Below are positions 10,396 to 21,183 of a stretch of DNA of 64,000 nt, one piece after another. How positions within the stretch are numbered: position 1 is the stretch's first letter; every line of letters begins with the position of its first letter. The notes under the pieces were generated by a model. That model was not told the DNA's origin. It did not search any database and saw nothing but the letters and a program-made list of their open reading frames with translations. The stretch is taken from positions 320,001 to 384,000 of the forward strand of contig CAVUZH010000003.1 of the NCBI GenBank assembly GCA_963745835.1, written 5' to 3'. The translations under genes were made by a program, and so were the position numbers. This DNA comes from an uncultured delta proteobacterium (GTDB taxonomy: Bacteria; Desulfobacterota; Binatia; UBA9968).

Positions 10396-10441
10396 ATCGG
10401 CGCCACGGGTTGGCCGTTCCCGCACGACCACAGGAGGGATT

Positions 10442-11443
10442 ATGATCGGAGTTCATCTGCTGACAGCTCGTATCGGTCTTCTAATAGTGGTTCTCATTGG
10501 CGACGCGTCATTTTTCCCAGCTTCCGGGATCTCCGCCGAGAAACTCGTTGGTCTTCAGTCCGCGCCGAGCATCGCCATGGCGCTGCCATGGGTTGCCGAG
10601 GAAGCGCGGCTCTACTCGAAATATGATCTCGACTTTCAGCTGGTCTATATCGCCTCATCCGGCATCGTCACCGCGGCCATGAGCAGCGGCAGCGGCGCGG
10701 TGGCTATTGTTGGCGGCGAAGGACCGATTCGCGCTTTTCTGGGCGGCAATACCGATTTCGTCTTCATTGGCTCGGTGAAGAATGTCTTGACCCACAGCAT
10801 CATGGGCAAGCCCGACATCAAAAAACCGGAAGATTTAAAGGGTAGGCGAATCGGCGTCGGACGGATCGGCGGCAACTCGCACTACTTCGCCCAGTACGGG
10901 TTTCGCCAGAAGGGTTTGGATCTAACTCGGGATGCCAACTTCATACAGACCGGCGGCGCACCTGAAACGTTCCAGGCATTAGCCTCGGGAGCGGTCGATG
11001 CCGCTTCCCTAACGACGCCGCAAGACACGCGAGCCGCCTTCATGGGTTACAATTACGTGATTGACGGGCGCGAATTAAAACCGCCGTATGTCGCCACCGG
11101 ATTCGTGACGTTGCGATCGGTCATTGCCAAACGGCCGAAGGTCGTCAGCCATTTCATGCACGCCATGGCAGAATCGCTCAAGATCATGATGAAGGATCGC
11201 GAACTGGCTTATCGGTTGATGGCAAAGAAAATAGGTTTAACCGATCGCAAGGTTTTCGACGCCGCTTATACCGCCGAGATGAAAGTTCTAGAGCCGCGGC
11301 TCGATATCAAGCCCATTGCGATACAGGCTACTCTCGACGAAATCGCCAAAACAGACCCGCGCGCCAAGCAGGTAACCGCATCGCAACTGATCGACCGCCG
11401 ATTTCTCGATGAGATGGAAAAGGACGGGACGTTCGGGCGGTAA
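10442..11443 (+). CDS. NMT1/SsuA-type solute-binding protein (paralog of 21184-22182)
   Basis: EDLKGRRIGVGRIG, IQTGGAPET, LEPRL, DPRAK; the C-terminus is slightly shorter than in the paralog. Confidence 0.9.
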   Translation: MIGVHLLTARIGLLIVVLIGDASFFPASGISAEKLVGLQSAPSIAMALPWVAEEARLYSKYDLDFQLVYIASSGIVTAAMSSGSGAVAIVGGEGPIRAFLGGNTDFVFIGSVKNVLTHSIMGKPDIKKPEDLKGRRIGVGRIGGNSHYFAQYGFRQKGLDLTRDANFIQTGGAPETFQALASGAVDAASLTTPQDTRAAFMGYNYVIDGRELKPPYVATGFVTLRSVIAKRPKVVSHFMHAMAESLKIMMKDRELAYRLMAKKIGLTDRKVFDAAYTAEMKVLEPRLDIKPIAIQATLDEIAKTDPRAKQVTASQLIDRRFLDEMEKDGTFGR

Positions 11444-11538
11444 ATGAATATTTAGTCTCTACACCTAAAGCAACTTTTTTCGATTCGCCTCATATCGTTC
11501 AGCTTTCAATCTCAACGTCGGTGCGAGACACAAGCCAA

Positions 11539-14500
11539 ATGATTCAACCATTGTCACGTCATCTACGTGTTAGAGACGACGGTACTGGCAAAGGCCGTGA
11601 CACCGACAGCACATTTGCAGAATTCGAGACGGAGGACGCGATCATTCTTCTCGGCGACCCGGGAATGGGCAAGACAACGTTCTTTAAGGACGCTTCAAAA
11701 GGAGACTATAGTACCGTCCGAGACTTTTTGATTGATCCATGTTCTATTGCTGGCAAGGCACTCTTCCTCGATGCTCTTGATGAATACAGAAGTCTTGCAA
11801 CCGGCCAAGATGCGACATCCGAGCTCGCGAAACAACTCTGCGCCTTGAACAAACCTAAATTTCGGTTGTCATGCCGAGCGGCAGACTGGTTCGGCTCACC
11901 GGATCAAGAAGCTCTCAGAACGGCAAGCGCATCAGGACGCATCATGGTTCTCGAACTGTGTCCACTTACACGTGATGAAATTCTGAAAGCTGTAGGGGGT
12001 ATAGTTCCAGACCCCATTCTATTTCTGAGTGAAGCGGAATCAGCAGGGCTCGGAAACTTATTGGCTAACCCCCAAACTCTTGAACTCGTCGCCCGGGCGT
12101 GGGGAACCGAGAAGAAGCCACGAAACAAGTTCGAGGCATACGACATCGGGGTATCTGAGTTGCTTAAGGAAATGAATATTTACCACACTCCGCGTGGGCT
12201 CCCCAGTATCAATCCCGCTGACTTGCGGAAAGCCGCAGGCGCAATCGCCTCTACATTACTCCTTTCAAACTCTGTTGGTATCTCGCGCACAGAGCCAGCG
12301 GAAGGCGCTGGCTACGTTGGGCTTTCGGTCGTGCCGTATTCGAAGACAAATGAACTTGATGCCGTGTTAAGGCGACGACTCTTTATTTCGTCCGAGGTGG
12401 ATCGGTTTGAGCCGATCCACCGAACAATTGGAGAGTTCTTGGCAGCAGAAGATCTAGCTGCGCGCGTCGGGAATGGCCTTCCGATCGATCGAGTAATGTC
12501 ACTGATATGTGCGGTTGATGGAAGACCGGTCTCATCGCTGCGGGGTCTTTTCGCGTGGTTGATGTGTAAGCTTAGCCATCTCGCAGCGGGTTACGTCGAT
12601 CGCGACCCATATGGAGTCGCGACGTACGGCGATGCGAGCGTGTTACCACCACGGGCACAATGCGCAATCTGGGCTGGACTTCGGAAGCTTCGGGACCCGT
12701 GGTTTCTCGCGAACGAGGATGATCGCGGATCATTCCGCGGTCTGGCCAATCTCGATACAATTAAAATTATACGCGAGATTCTCCAAGATGTAGGGACGGG
12801 AGTTCATCTGAAAATCACCGCTCTCGAAGCGATTGCAAACAGCACGGAATACGGATTGAACGCGATTATACGTAAGATGGCGTTGGACAAGAACGAAAAC
12901 ACGTGGATCAGGTCAACGGCTTTGAAGGCGCTGACCAGGTCTGTCCAAAGCGAAAAGGCGATGCTCGAAAGCATCGATTATGAGCTCGCGCTAGCTACGG
13001 ATGATGCCGCCGCCCTCGAATTGCGAGTTGATCTTCTTCGCCAGACACAAGCATGGGGAAGACTGCCGGCGCGTGTACTCTCAATCCTTAGAGAGGCTGC
13101 TTCTGCCAAGGAGCAGCGCGTTTTTGGCCGGTTCTATTCGCTCAGCCGTTTCCTATCTGATGGTGATTTGAACGAGATTCTCGACGGTGCCTCTCAGGTA
13201 TTAACAAATGAGAGCAGGGATGCTTTCGATCAATGGGCGCTTTTTGAGGAGTTGTTTAAACGTCGTCTTGGGAATCCCACGCCGATCACACCAGCACAAC
13301 TCGCTAATTGGCTCCAAGCCTTATCCATCGGTAGGGATCGACATCCGGAGAAGATTCTGACGCCGCTTAAGTCTCGATTTGAAAAAGATCCATCGCTCTT
13401 CAAAAGTGTCTTTGAACTACTCGCTGATGGCATGGTTATACCAGTACGGTCATTTTCGTTTTTCCTTGGCGTGCAGCTTTGGAAACTTCTGCCAGCTACG
13501 GTGTGGCCCGTTTCCCAGTCCGAATTTTTCCTGAATTGCGCCGAGCAAGACAACAACCCGGAACGTGGTGCTGACTTCTTCGGAATGTACCTGGCTTGGT
13601 TTCCGAGCGAGAGTGCGTCCAGCGAGCTGGCGGAGGCAGGTTTCCAGTTTTTGAGTCGCCGACCTGATGTTGCGAAAGTTCTTGGGAATTGGAACGTCTG
13701 CAAGATTGAAAAATGGAGAAAGGACCAGTACAAGCGGCGAAAGAAGGATAGCCGCAAACTAGCGGCAAACCGCGCGTATAATATTTCGTACTTGACACCG
13801 CGCCTGAGCATAATTCGTTCAGGAGGTGATGAAACCGCGCTAGCGTGGGCTGCACGTATCTATCTAGGAGTCTTATACGATAATGAGAATGTATCCGACG
13901 CGACGGAGCGTTTGGTCACGTTAACAAATGAGGAGATCGCCGAGGCATTTGTTGAAGGTTTTATCCGGTATGTAGAACACCGGTCGATACCGACATTACA
14001 AGCGGTGGTCGACAGCTGGCGCATACGTAAAATCCCTTACACGCACTTTTTATTGTGTTTGTCCGTCTATTTGCGGCTAAACGGGGGCATGAGCGTGCCT
14101 AAGGAAGCGTTGTCGGCTTGTATTGCGGCGGTAGTTACAGTCCCTAGTATAGGGGACAGCATACCAGGTTGGAATGACAAATTGTCAGGATGGCTGATAG
14201 ACCAAGCAGCACAGAATCCTTGAGTCGTCCGATCTGCGTTACGCCAACTGTGGGTTACTAGCGCAACAATCCGGGATGGAGTCCTGCCGGGATTTCATGA
14301 GCTGAGCCAGGACGCGAACTCTCATGAATTTCTTGCGTAAGTTGCAGCTGAGATTCTTAAAACAGAAATTACTGAGGATCTTCTCATAAGTCGTGAACTC
14401 GTATCACTACTTCTGCTCCATGATCGCCGAGCCGCCATGGAAATTGGAGAGAAGGAACTTACGCGAAACGACATATCAGCTGAAGTTCAGGCCATCTGGA

Positions 14501-15504
14501 ACACGGCTCTTTTCATGATCGATCCGGATAAATATTTGAATCGTTGGCGAACTCTGATATCCGGATCGGATGCGGCTTTGTGGCAGGTTATTGAAGTCAT
14601 CGCTCACAGAACGAACGGCGTTGTCAGTCTGACGTCGGCGCAACGAGCGGAAATCGTTACCACAATCGGACAAAGCTTTGCAAATACTCGGCATCCGATC
14701 GGCAGATCTGATGGGAGCCGAAATCCTTCGGACGCGGCGGAATTTGTGACCAATCAGATCAAGCTACTAGCCGCGAATGATTCACTGGACGCTGACGCCC
14801 ACCTCGAACGATTAGAAAATGACAACGGCTTGGCAAGCTACCGCGATCTAATAAGACATTTAAGGGCGCAGCACCAAAAGCGGCAGCGTGAACATAGCTT
14901 CACGTTTGCATCGGCTGATCAAATCGCACAGGCTATTGCAAATCGTGCTCCTGCTACTCCAAGTGACCTTTTGGCCTTTATAGTTGACCACCTCAATGCT
15001 CTCTCACACGAATTGGCACGGACACAAAAAGAGAGATACCGCGCCTACTGGAACGAAGCCGGACGGAAGCTCGTCAACCCGAAACATGAGGAGGTTTGCT
15101 CGGGACTGTTAGCCGACGATTTACAAAACCGAGTCAAGGGTCAAAACCTCATTGTAACTGTGGAACACCACATGATCGCAAACAAGGAATGCGATCTGAT
15201 GGTGTTGCAGGGGATCGAGCGGCTTTTACCGATCGAGGTCAAGCACCATTACCACCCTGAGTTATGGAGCGCATGGCGCACCCAACTTGATCGTCTTTAC
15301 ACGCGGGACGCGAAGGCAGGTGGACTTGGCGTCTATTGCGTACTGTGGTCGGGTGAGGCAAAGGGGCGCATGATGCAAAAGCTTCCGACTGGAATGATAC
15401 GTCCTATTGGCGCGGCCGAGCTTAAAAGTGCACTTGAGTCACTCATCCCGGAAATAGATCGCCACCGGCTTCGCATTGTTGTCGTAGATATTTCGGAACC
15501 TTGA
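11539..15504 (+). pseudogene. NACHT/STAND NTPase with C-terminal PD-(D/E)xK nuclease, interrupted by in-frame TGA (14221) and TAA (14338)
   Basis: Walker A GDPGMGKT, Walker B LFLDALDE, FRLSCRAADW, HRTIGEFLAA; C-terminal ECDL..LPIEVK..QLDRLY..GVYCVLW; ORFs 11521-14223 and 14437-15504 are in the same frame. Confidence 0.82.
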
Positions 15505-15672
15505 TGTCCACCGCACTCGTCAAGCTAGATCTTGAAACCACGCCCGTTGTCTTAATCCGACGGTGGATGTTTCCCGTCTCACGTGAGCTCTTTTAGAGAG
15601 TTTGTGACCGCTGAATAGGCGCCCCGCTGCGCCGATAGGTCCACGCACCGCGCTGCACGTCGGCACCGAGCT

Positions 15673-15815
15673 TTACTTGAAAATCTCTACTTCGATAGAC
15701 TGATTTAGGATGTCGAAACTCTCGAGTTTCTGGGAACGGAAGTCGGCGCTGATCATTTACTGCTCGGACTGACTTTCCCTACGCGCGGGATTGGATGTTC
15801 GTCGATAAGCCGAAG
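15673..15815 (+). pseudogene. degraded C-terminal fragment of an amidohydrolase (amidohydro_2/ACMSD-like)
   Basis: Reads LENLYFDRLI*DVETLEFLGTEVGADHLLLG, then after a frameshift TDFPY, matching the family's YFD..GAD.LLLGTDFPY terminus. Confidence 0.65.
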
Positions 15816-16285
15816 GGTTGCCTGGATCGGAAACGGAAAAGTAATTGATACTCGAAGGAAATATGAGAAAGTTACTAAAAATCTCAACTATCTGAACCAA
15901 AGGGGGCCCTGACGTTGCTTCAATGTTGATACACGAGGTAGCCCAGTCGGAGCATTATTATGTGCTTTGTAGCAGCATTCATTTAGGAACATTCGCAATC
16001 CCATTTAGTGCGTGCTCGTCTCAAACTTGAAACATCGGATTTTAGTAACTTCGGCCAACCGTGACTACTTCTGATGATGAGTCGCCCATCGGTGAGATCA
16101 GCGTCTCTCCGTGACCTCTCGTGTCCTGTCCTGGCTTGCCGCTAATGACTCGCTGGGAAGCAGGCATTCTTAATGCACTCTCAAGTGACTGTATGAAGTC
16201 GAAATCTGAGTATCGGTCAGGTCTGTTCGAACTGGGATTAATCGCCACTGTTTACCGGCAGGCGAGTTGTGTCTGAGGATGCTTT

Positions 16286-16531
16286 ATGAACGCAGAAATT
16301 ATCCTGAAGGACGAGGAAAAAGAATATTTGCTGCAGAGAGCTCCCGAAGGTTCACCGGCGCGAGCGATTCTAATCGGGGCTCGTCCCGACCACAATCAAC
16401 CGGCGTTAGTAATTTTTACCTGTGATGAGCAGGCGGCGTATGCGCTGCTCGAAGTAGCAGAACACCACTGTGGCTGCGCCTGGAGAGTGATGCATTACCA
16501 GATGGCAAGGCTGGGCCTTCTCAAGCATTGA
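16286..16531 (+). CDS. hypothetical protein
   Basis: 81-aa ATG ORF preceded by GAGGA. Confidence 0.55.
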   Translation: MNAEIILKDEEKEYLLQRAPEGSPARAILIGARPDHNQPALVIFTCDEQAAYALLEVAEHHCGCAWRVMHYQMARLGLLKH

Positions 16532-16621
16532 TCTAACAACATATGCGGCCGGTAAATCATAAAGAACACAAACTATTGGTTCACCGCGGGTGGGATGTGT
16601 TTTCAAGCTAATGAGCCAACA

Positions 16622-17875
16622 ATGAGAAGATCGATCTTTCTGCTTACCATGTTGGTGTTAGTGGGCTGCGCAAAGGTTTTAGCCGTCCGCAAAATTCCCG
16701 AGGTTAGTTTAGGTGACGCAGCTTTTTTTCGTACCATCCAAGCCCATACCGGCGCACCCATGGTCAACGGAAATCGTATCGAAGTTCTACTTAACGGCGA
16801 CGAAACTTTTCCGAGAATGCTGCGCGATATCAAGAGCGCAAAATCCACAATCACATTCGCTCAGTATCTTTACGAAGATGGTTCTATCGCCCATGAATTT
16901 GCGCAGGCTTTTGCCGAACGCTGCCGAGTAGGTGTCAAAGCAGACATTCTTCTAGACCGCCATGGATCGGGTAAAGTTCCGGCCGACATCATTCGCACGA
17001 TGAAGGAGGCTGGCTGTCACGTCGAATACTTTCGTCAAATTGAAGCGGACGGAATCATCTTTCCATGGCGGTTGTTGCGCTACAATTACAGGAGCCACCG
17101 CCGAGTTTTGGTGATCGACGGTCGAATCGGATTTACCGGCGGCTATGGAGTTAGTGACGCATGGACGGGTAATGGGCGTATGCCGAAGCACTGGCGCGAT
17201 ACCAATGTGCGAATCGAAGGCCCGGTAGTTAGTTTTCTGCAGACCGCTTTTGCCGAGAGCTGGCTCGAAACGACAGGCATCGCTATTGGAGGGGACGACT
17301 ATTTTCCACGCCTTGATCAGGCCGGGACGATGCAAGCACAAATCGTCAGGAGTTCGCCGCTGGGCGGCAGCTTTCAAAATTACATGCTCTTTCTTCTCTC
17401 GATCAACTCCGCTAAAAAGTCCATCTTCATTACCAATCCATACTTCATTCCAGATGAAGTTATGAGCGATGCTCTCGTGAAAGCTGCCGCTAGAGGCGTA
17501 CGGGTAGTTATTCTAACGCCTGGAACGATCGATAATCGATTCACATATACGGCGAGCCGTAGCCATTACGGCCCTTTGCTCTTCGGCGGCGTGGAAGTTT
17601 TCGAGTACAAAGCCGCGTTCATGCATGCCAAGACTATCGTCGTCGACGGCGTATGGGCGACTATCGGCAGTACAAATATCGATAACCGTTCTTTTGCCTT
17701 GAATCAGGAAATCAATCTTACAGTTCATGACAGCACAGTGGCGCGGCATCTCGAAGAAATCTTTCGCGAGGATCTAAAGTATTCCGAGCCGGTGACTTAC
17801 GAACAGTGGCAGTCGCGAGGTGTTTTTGAACGGCTCTTTGAATTCTTTTCTTTTCCCATCAAGGAGCAGCTATGA
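16622..17875 (+). CDS. cardiolipin synthase / phospholipase D family (ClsB-like)
   Basis: NGDETFP-ML, HRRVLVIDG-IGFTGG, WRDT, NPYFIP, HAKTIVVDG, GSTNIDNRSF-LNQE. Confidence 0.92.
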   Translation: MRRSIFLLTMLVLVGCAKVLAVRKIPEVSLGDAAFFRTIQAHTGAPMVNGNRIEVLLNGDETFPRMLRDIKSAKSTITFAQYLYEDGSIAHEFAQAFAERCRVGVKADILLDRHGSGKVPADIIRTMKEAGCHVEYFRQIEADGIIFPWRLLRYNYRSHRRVLVIDGRIGFTGGYGVSDAWTGNGRMPKHWRDTNVRIEGPVVSFLQTAFAESWLETTGIAIGGDDYFPRLDQAGTMQAQIVRSSPLGGSFQNYMLFLLSINSAKKSIFITNPYFIPDEVMSDALVKAAARGVRVVILTPGTIDNRFTYTASRSHYGPLLFGGVEVFEYKAAFMHAKTIVVDGVWATIGSTNIDNRSFALNQEINLTVHDSTVARHLEEIFREDLKYSEPVTYEQWQSRGVFERLFEFFSFPIKEQL

Positions 17876-18410
17876 TTCCTAAAATTTTCACGCCGACAAG
17901 AGAAGATCAGCAATGGCTTGAGTATAGTGTTTAGGCTTGTGGCGCCGATTAGTGAATCGGATGATTTGCTTCTTGCTGCGAGTCGGCGCGAGTCCTCCGC
18001 ACACTTATCTCCTGACTGTGCGAGGCAGAAAGAGCGGTTATCCGTACTCAACGCCCGTGACACTGGTGGAGAAAGGCTGAAAACGCTGGCTAGTGACCCC
18101 ATATGGCGAAGTCGGCTGGGTACGAAACGCTCGTGCAGCCAAGCAGCGAACCCTATGGCGGTCGGAGATTTGAGACCGCAAGAATTGTGGAGCTCTCGAA
18201 CGAGGACGCCGCTCCGGTGCTAAATCAAGTTCCGGTAACTATCCGGAACCTGATAACGTCTCCCATGTAGTGTCTTGATCCCGGCAACAAATTTCTTTAT
18301 TTTTTGGGTTTCACGGTGGCTTGAGACAGGTCTGCAAGAGCGAGGGCTTTGGCTGCCCAGACTTACGGGAGACCGCAACAAAACTACTACCAAGACGGAA
18401 AGGAACTGAG

Positions 18411-18818
18411 ATGGATAGAGATCTAGCGGCGCAAAACTTGAAGGTTGTGGAAAACCACTTTCATAGCGAAGCAGTCAATGAGGTCGAAGCGGCGCTGGAG
18501 ACTTTTACCAACGATATCGTTTGGGAAGCGCCGGCGCCAAACGGCCTGAATCGATCTTTCTCGGGAAAGGAAGCTGTCGCCAAGAACTATCGGGAGTTGT
18601 TTGCGTCCATGCGCAACGTGAAATTTCAGTTTCTTCAGCGTTTTGCTACGGAGGATCGTGTCGTGGACGATAGCATCGTCACGTTCGAGGTTGCGCGAGA
18701 TGGATACTGGCACTTTCCTCTCGGCAGCAAAGTTGAAATGCGGCTGACTCATATTTTTGAGATGCGAGACGGGAAGATTTCACGGGAGATCGTTTTCGAC
18801 ATGGGCCGGGCTGTTTAG
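18411..18818 (+). CDS. SnoaL-like / NTF2-fold protein
   Basis: FTNDIVWE, GKEAVAKNY, RVVD, HIFEMRDGKISRE; AAGGA RBS. Confidence 0.85.
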   Translation: MDRDLAAQNLKVVENHFHSEAVNEVEAALETFTNDIVWEAPAPNGLNRSFSGKEAVAKNYRELFASMRNVKFQFLQRFATEDRVVDDSIVTFEVARDGYWHFPLGSKVEMRLTHIFEMRDGKISREIVFDMGRAV

Positions 18819-18923
18819 TCTTCCATCCAATCGTCAGCACTGGGGATGTTCGAGGCGCGTGTTGGATGTTAAAGCGGGTAGTTCAGAACCGCTAATTCGT
18901 CCCGATTGCCGGCAACTTCTTTC

Positions 18924-18952
18924 TTGACATCGGCCTTCGGCTTTCCTAGATT
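18924..18952 (+). promoter_or_regulatory. sigma70 promoter (probably a leaderless mRNA)
   Basis: TTGACA-17 nt-TAGATT, with the ATG 6 nt further downstream. Confidence 0.6.
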
Positions 18953-18958
18953 CGGCCC

Positions 18959-19375
18959 ATGATAAAACTAATCGATCAGATGAAGGATTTGATTAATAAC
19001 GCTTTGGAAAACGGGTGCCCTTGTGTTCTCGCCACGGCTGCGCCGGACGGTGAGCCCGATATCGGTTTCAAAGGCAGCATGATGGTCTTTGATGACGACT
19101 CCCTGGCTTACTGGGAGCGCACCAAGCGGCAGCACTTAAAGAACATCACGGCGAATCCTAAAGTAGTCGTGTTGTTTCGCGACGGCAAGTCAAAAGCCGC
19201 CTGGCGCTTTCACGGACTAGCTGAAGTTCACGAAGCCGGAGCTATTAGAGATCAAGTCATGGCTCGCACGGTCCCAGCGGAGTTGGAGAAGGATCCGGAC
19301 CGCAAAGGCGCAGCCGTGGTCATCAAGCTCGACAAGGTCACTAATATGGGCGGACAGGTTCTACAAAGCCGCTAA
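18959..19375 (+). CDS. pyridoxamine 5'-phosphate oxidase-like (split-barrel) protein
   Basis: LATA-PDGEPDIGFKGS, LAYWERT, NI-ANPKV. Confidence 0.85.
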   Translation: MIKLIDQMKDLINNALENGCPCVLATAAPDGEPDIGFKGSMMVFDDDSLAYWERTKRQHLKNITANPKVVVLFRDGKSKAAWRFHGLAEVHEAGAIRDQVMARTVPAELEKDPDRKGAAVVIKLDKVTNMGGQVLQSR

Positions 19376-19683
19376 TTTCCGCCGGCGTTTCTGTGTTCGT
19401 CAGCGCTCCGGTGTCTCTTCGACGAATCGCTCCTTAAGACAAGCACCAGCCGATTGCTCTGCCGGTTCTTTGTTAACACCGCAGGCAGCCCGCCGCGACA
19501 ATGCATTCGAACGTTCCATCTGAAGCAACCCGAGCCACGGATCGACTGCTGTCCCATACCTGCATCCTTCACGAGGAATAACTACCTGCCAATTGCGCGA
19601 AAGCGCTGGTGTTAACATTCAGATGCCCTGATCGTCCAAATATCGAGTGGCATAGTCTTGCGCACTCGGACAGGAGGGAAATC

Positions 19684-19908
19684 ATGAATCAGTTAATACC
19701 AAAAAGAGTATTTGCTCTCGGGCTTTGGACGATGTTGGTAACTGGCGCGGCGGCGTGTGATTACAATAGAGATTATTACAGCGATTATTACCGAGATCGA
19801 GACCGCTATGATCGCTACTCAGACCGGGACCGCGATGGGCGCTATGATCGGGAGCGAAACTGGGATTGGCGAAATCGCGATCGCCGCGATTGGGACCGTA
19901 ATAGATAG
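19684..19908 (+). CDS. small Arg/Asp-rich putative lipoprotein
   Basis: AGGAGG RBS, hydrophobic segment, AAAC lipobox-like site, RDRDRY/RDW repeats. Confidence 0.65.
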   Translation: MNQLIPKRVFALGLWTMLVTGAAACDYNRDYYSDYYRDRDRYDRYSDRDRDGRYDRERNWDWRNRDRRDWDRNR

Positions 19909-20007
19909 TAGCTCAACAAACCGCAAGTCTCGGAAACGTTAGGGCAATGCTTTGAAGTCAAATATTTGAACTTTTGTTCTTTCAACGCAACTGCATTGGC
20001 GCTCGGC

Positions 20008-21018
20008 TTAATCGAGCGCCAGCCCCACCACCTTCGCCGGATTCTTGGTGCATACCGTATAGAGCTCGTCTTGATTTAAGCCGAAGGCTTCCATGTAGCC
20101 GCGCACCAGGCGCATCGCTTCGACCGAATCAGGAAAGAGAGGTTCGCCGGCATCGCTGGATAGCGTGAAATGCTCCGGGCCGACTTCGCGGATGGTGTTG
20201 TACATGATCTGCGGGTCGACGCCAAGCAGCGGCGATAGCTCATCCCATGTGAAGTTGAAGAAGATCCCGATCTTGGAAAGCTCCTTCATCATCTCCGGTG
20301 AGACATTGAGAAACGGGCTGTACGGATGATCGATGACGGCGCGCGCGAGACCGACTTTATCGACTTCTTCCGCGAGTTTATAGATTTCCTTGTGCGTTGC
20401 GTGGCCAAAGAAAAGCGCCACGTTGCGATCGGCGCAAATGCGAACGATCTCTCTGACGGCCGGCTTCAGTTCGCCTCTCTCATCTAAATTGTAGTGGCCG
20501 ATGGCCACTGCTTTGTCCCACGGAACGGGTCCGTGCCAACCGGCTGCGCTATTGCCGTCGATGAAGCGCTGGTAGGTTCCAACCGTACTCAAGGTGATGG
20601 CATGGGTGAACACGGGCAGCCAGATCGCGCTGACGCCCCGATCGATCATTTCGCTAACGATGGCGGAAGTAACCGGCGCCATCTGCCGGCCGCACACGTA
20701 GGCGGACCAGCATTGAACCGGCTCGACTCCTTCCTGTTCCGCCCATCGGTTGACGTCTTCTTGCACATCACGGACAGCTTTAGCCGGATCATCGCCTGGA
20801 ATGCTCTTGAATAAAATCCCCTTCATCTCCGCCAGCGATGCGCGCCGGGCCAAGTCATAGGGATTCTGCTGGCCTTCGTGCGCGTGGCAATGGATGTCGA
20901 TGGCATCTTTGACTTTTATATGCGGCGGCCGAACTTCACCGGGTTTGTATTGCGTACGCGCCGCGTAAGAGGTCACGCAGCGTTCATGAGTGGGAGTAGA
21001 GACGGTATGTGCGCTCAT
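20008..21018 (-). CDS. DUF6282-like metallo-dependent hydrolase (amidohydrolase/PHP-type)
   Basis: IDIHCH, GILFKS, IWLP, FGH, VIDHP, LSSDAG, NPAKVVGL. Confidence 0.8.
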   Translation of the reverse strand: MSAHTVSTPTHERCVTSYAARTQYKPGEVRPPHIKVKDAIDIHCHAHEGQQNPYDLARRASLAEMKGILFKSIPGDDPAKAVRDVQEDVNRWAEQEGVEPVQCWSAYVCGRQMAPVTSAIVSEMIDRGVSAIWLPVFTHAITLSTVGTYQRFIDGNSAAGWHGPVPWDKAVAIGHYNLDERGELKPAVREIVRICADRNVALFFGHATHKEIYKLAEEVDKVGLARAVIDHPYSPFLNVSPEMMKELSKIGIFFNFTWDELSPLLGVDPQIMYNTIREVGPEHFTLSSDAGEPLFPDSVEAMRLVRGYMEAFGLNQDELYTVCTKNPAKVVGLALD

Positions 21019-21105
21019 ATGTCCTCCTCGAAAGGCCGTGCATGAGTTGTATCAATGACCGAGTTGGTTTGCAAAGCGAAAATTCATCACCGACATATGA
21101 TCTGC

Positions 21106-21134
21106 TTGACCGTGGACCTGCGTCTAGCTATTTT
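21106..21134 (+). promoter_or_regulatory. putative sigma70 promoter
   Basis: TTGACC-17 nt-TATTTT upstream of the SBP gene. Confidence 0.45.
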
Positions 21135-21183
21135 CGCGCAATCAAACGCAACGTCTGAAGAGATGGGCGCAGGAGGATAAAAC

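Noticed and set aside
14221-14340. Selenocysteine or recoding readthrough of the NACHT gene
   Set aside because: The second stop is TAA, and TGA terminates many normal genes in this window.
19648-19663. sigma54 promoter TGGCATAGTCTTGC
   Set aside because: The GG-to-GC spacing is 9 nt rather than the required 10.
19757-19905. CRISPR or tandem DNA array
   Set aside because: The repetitiveness comes from Arg/Asp codons; there is no constant repeat with unique spacers here or elsewhere in the window.
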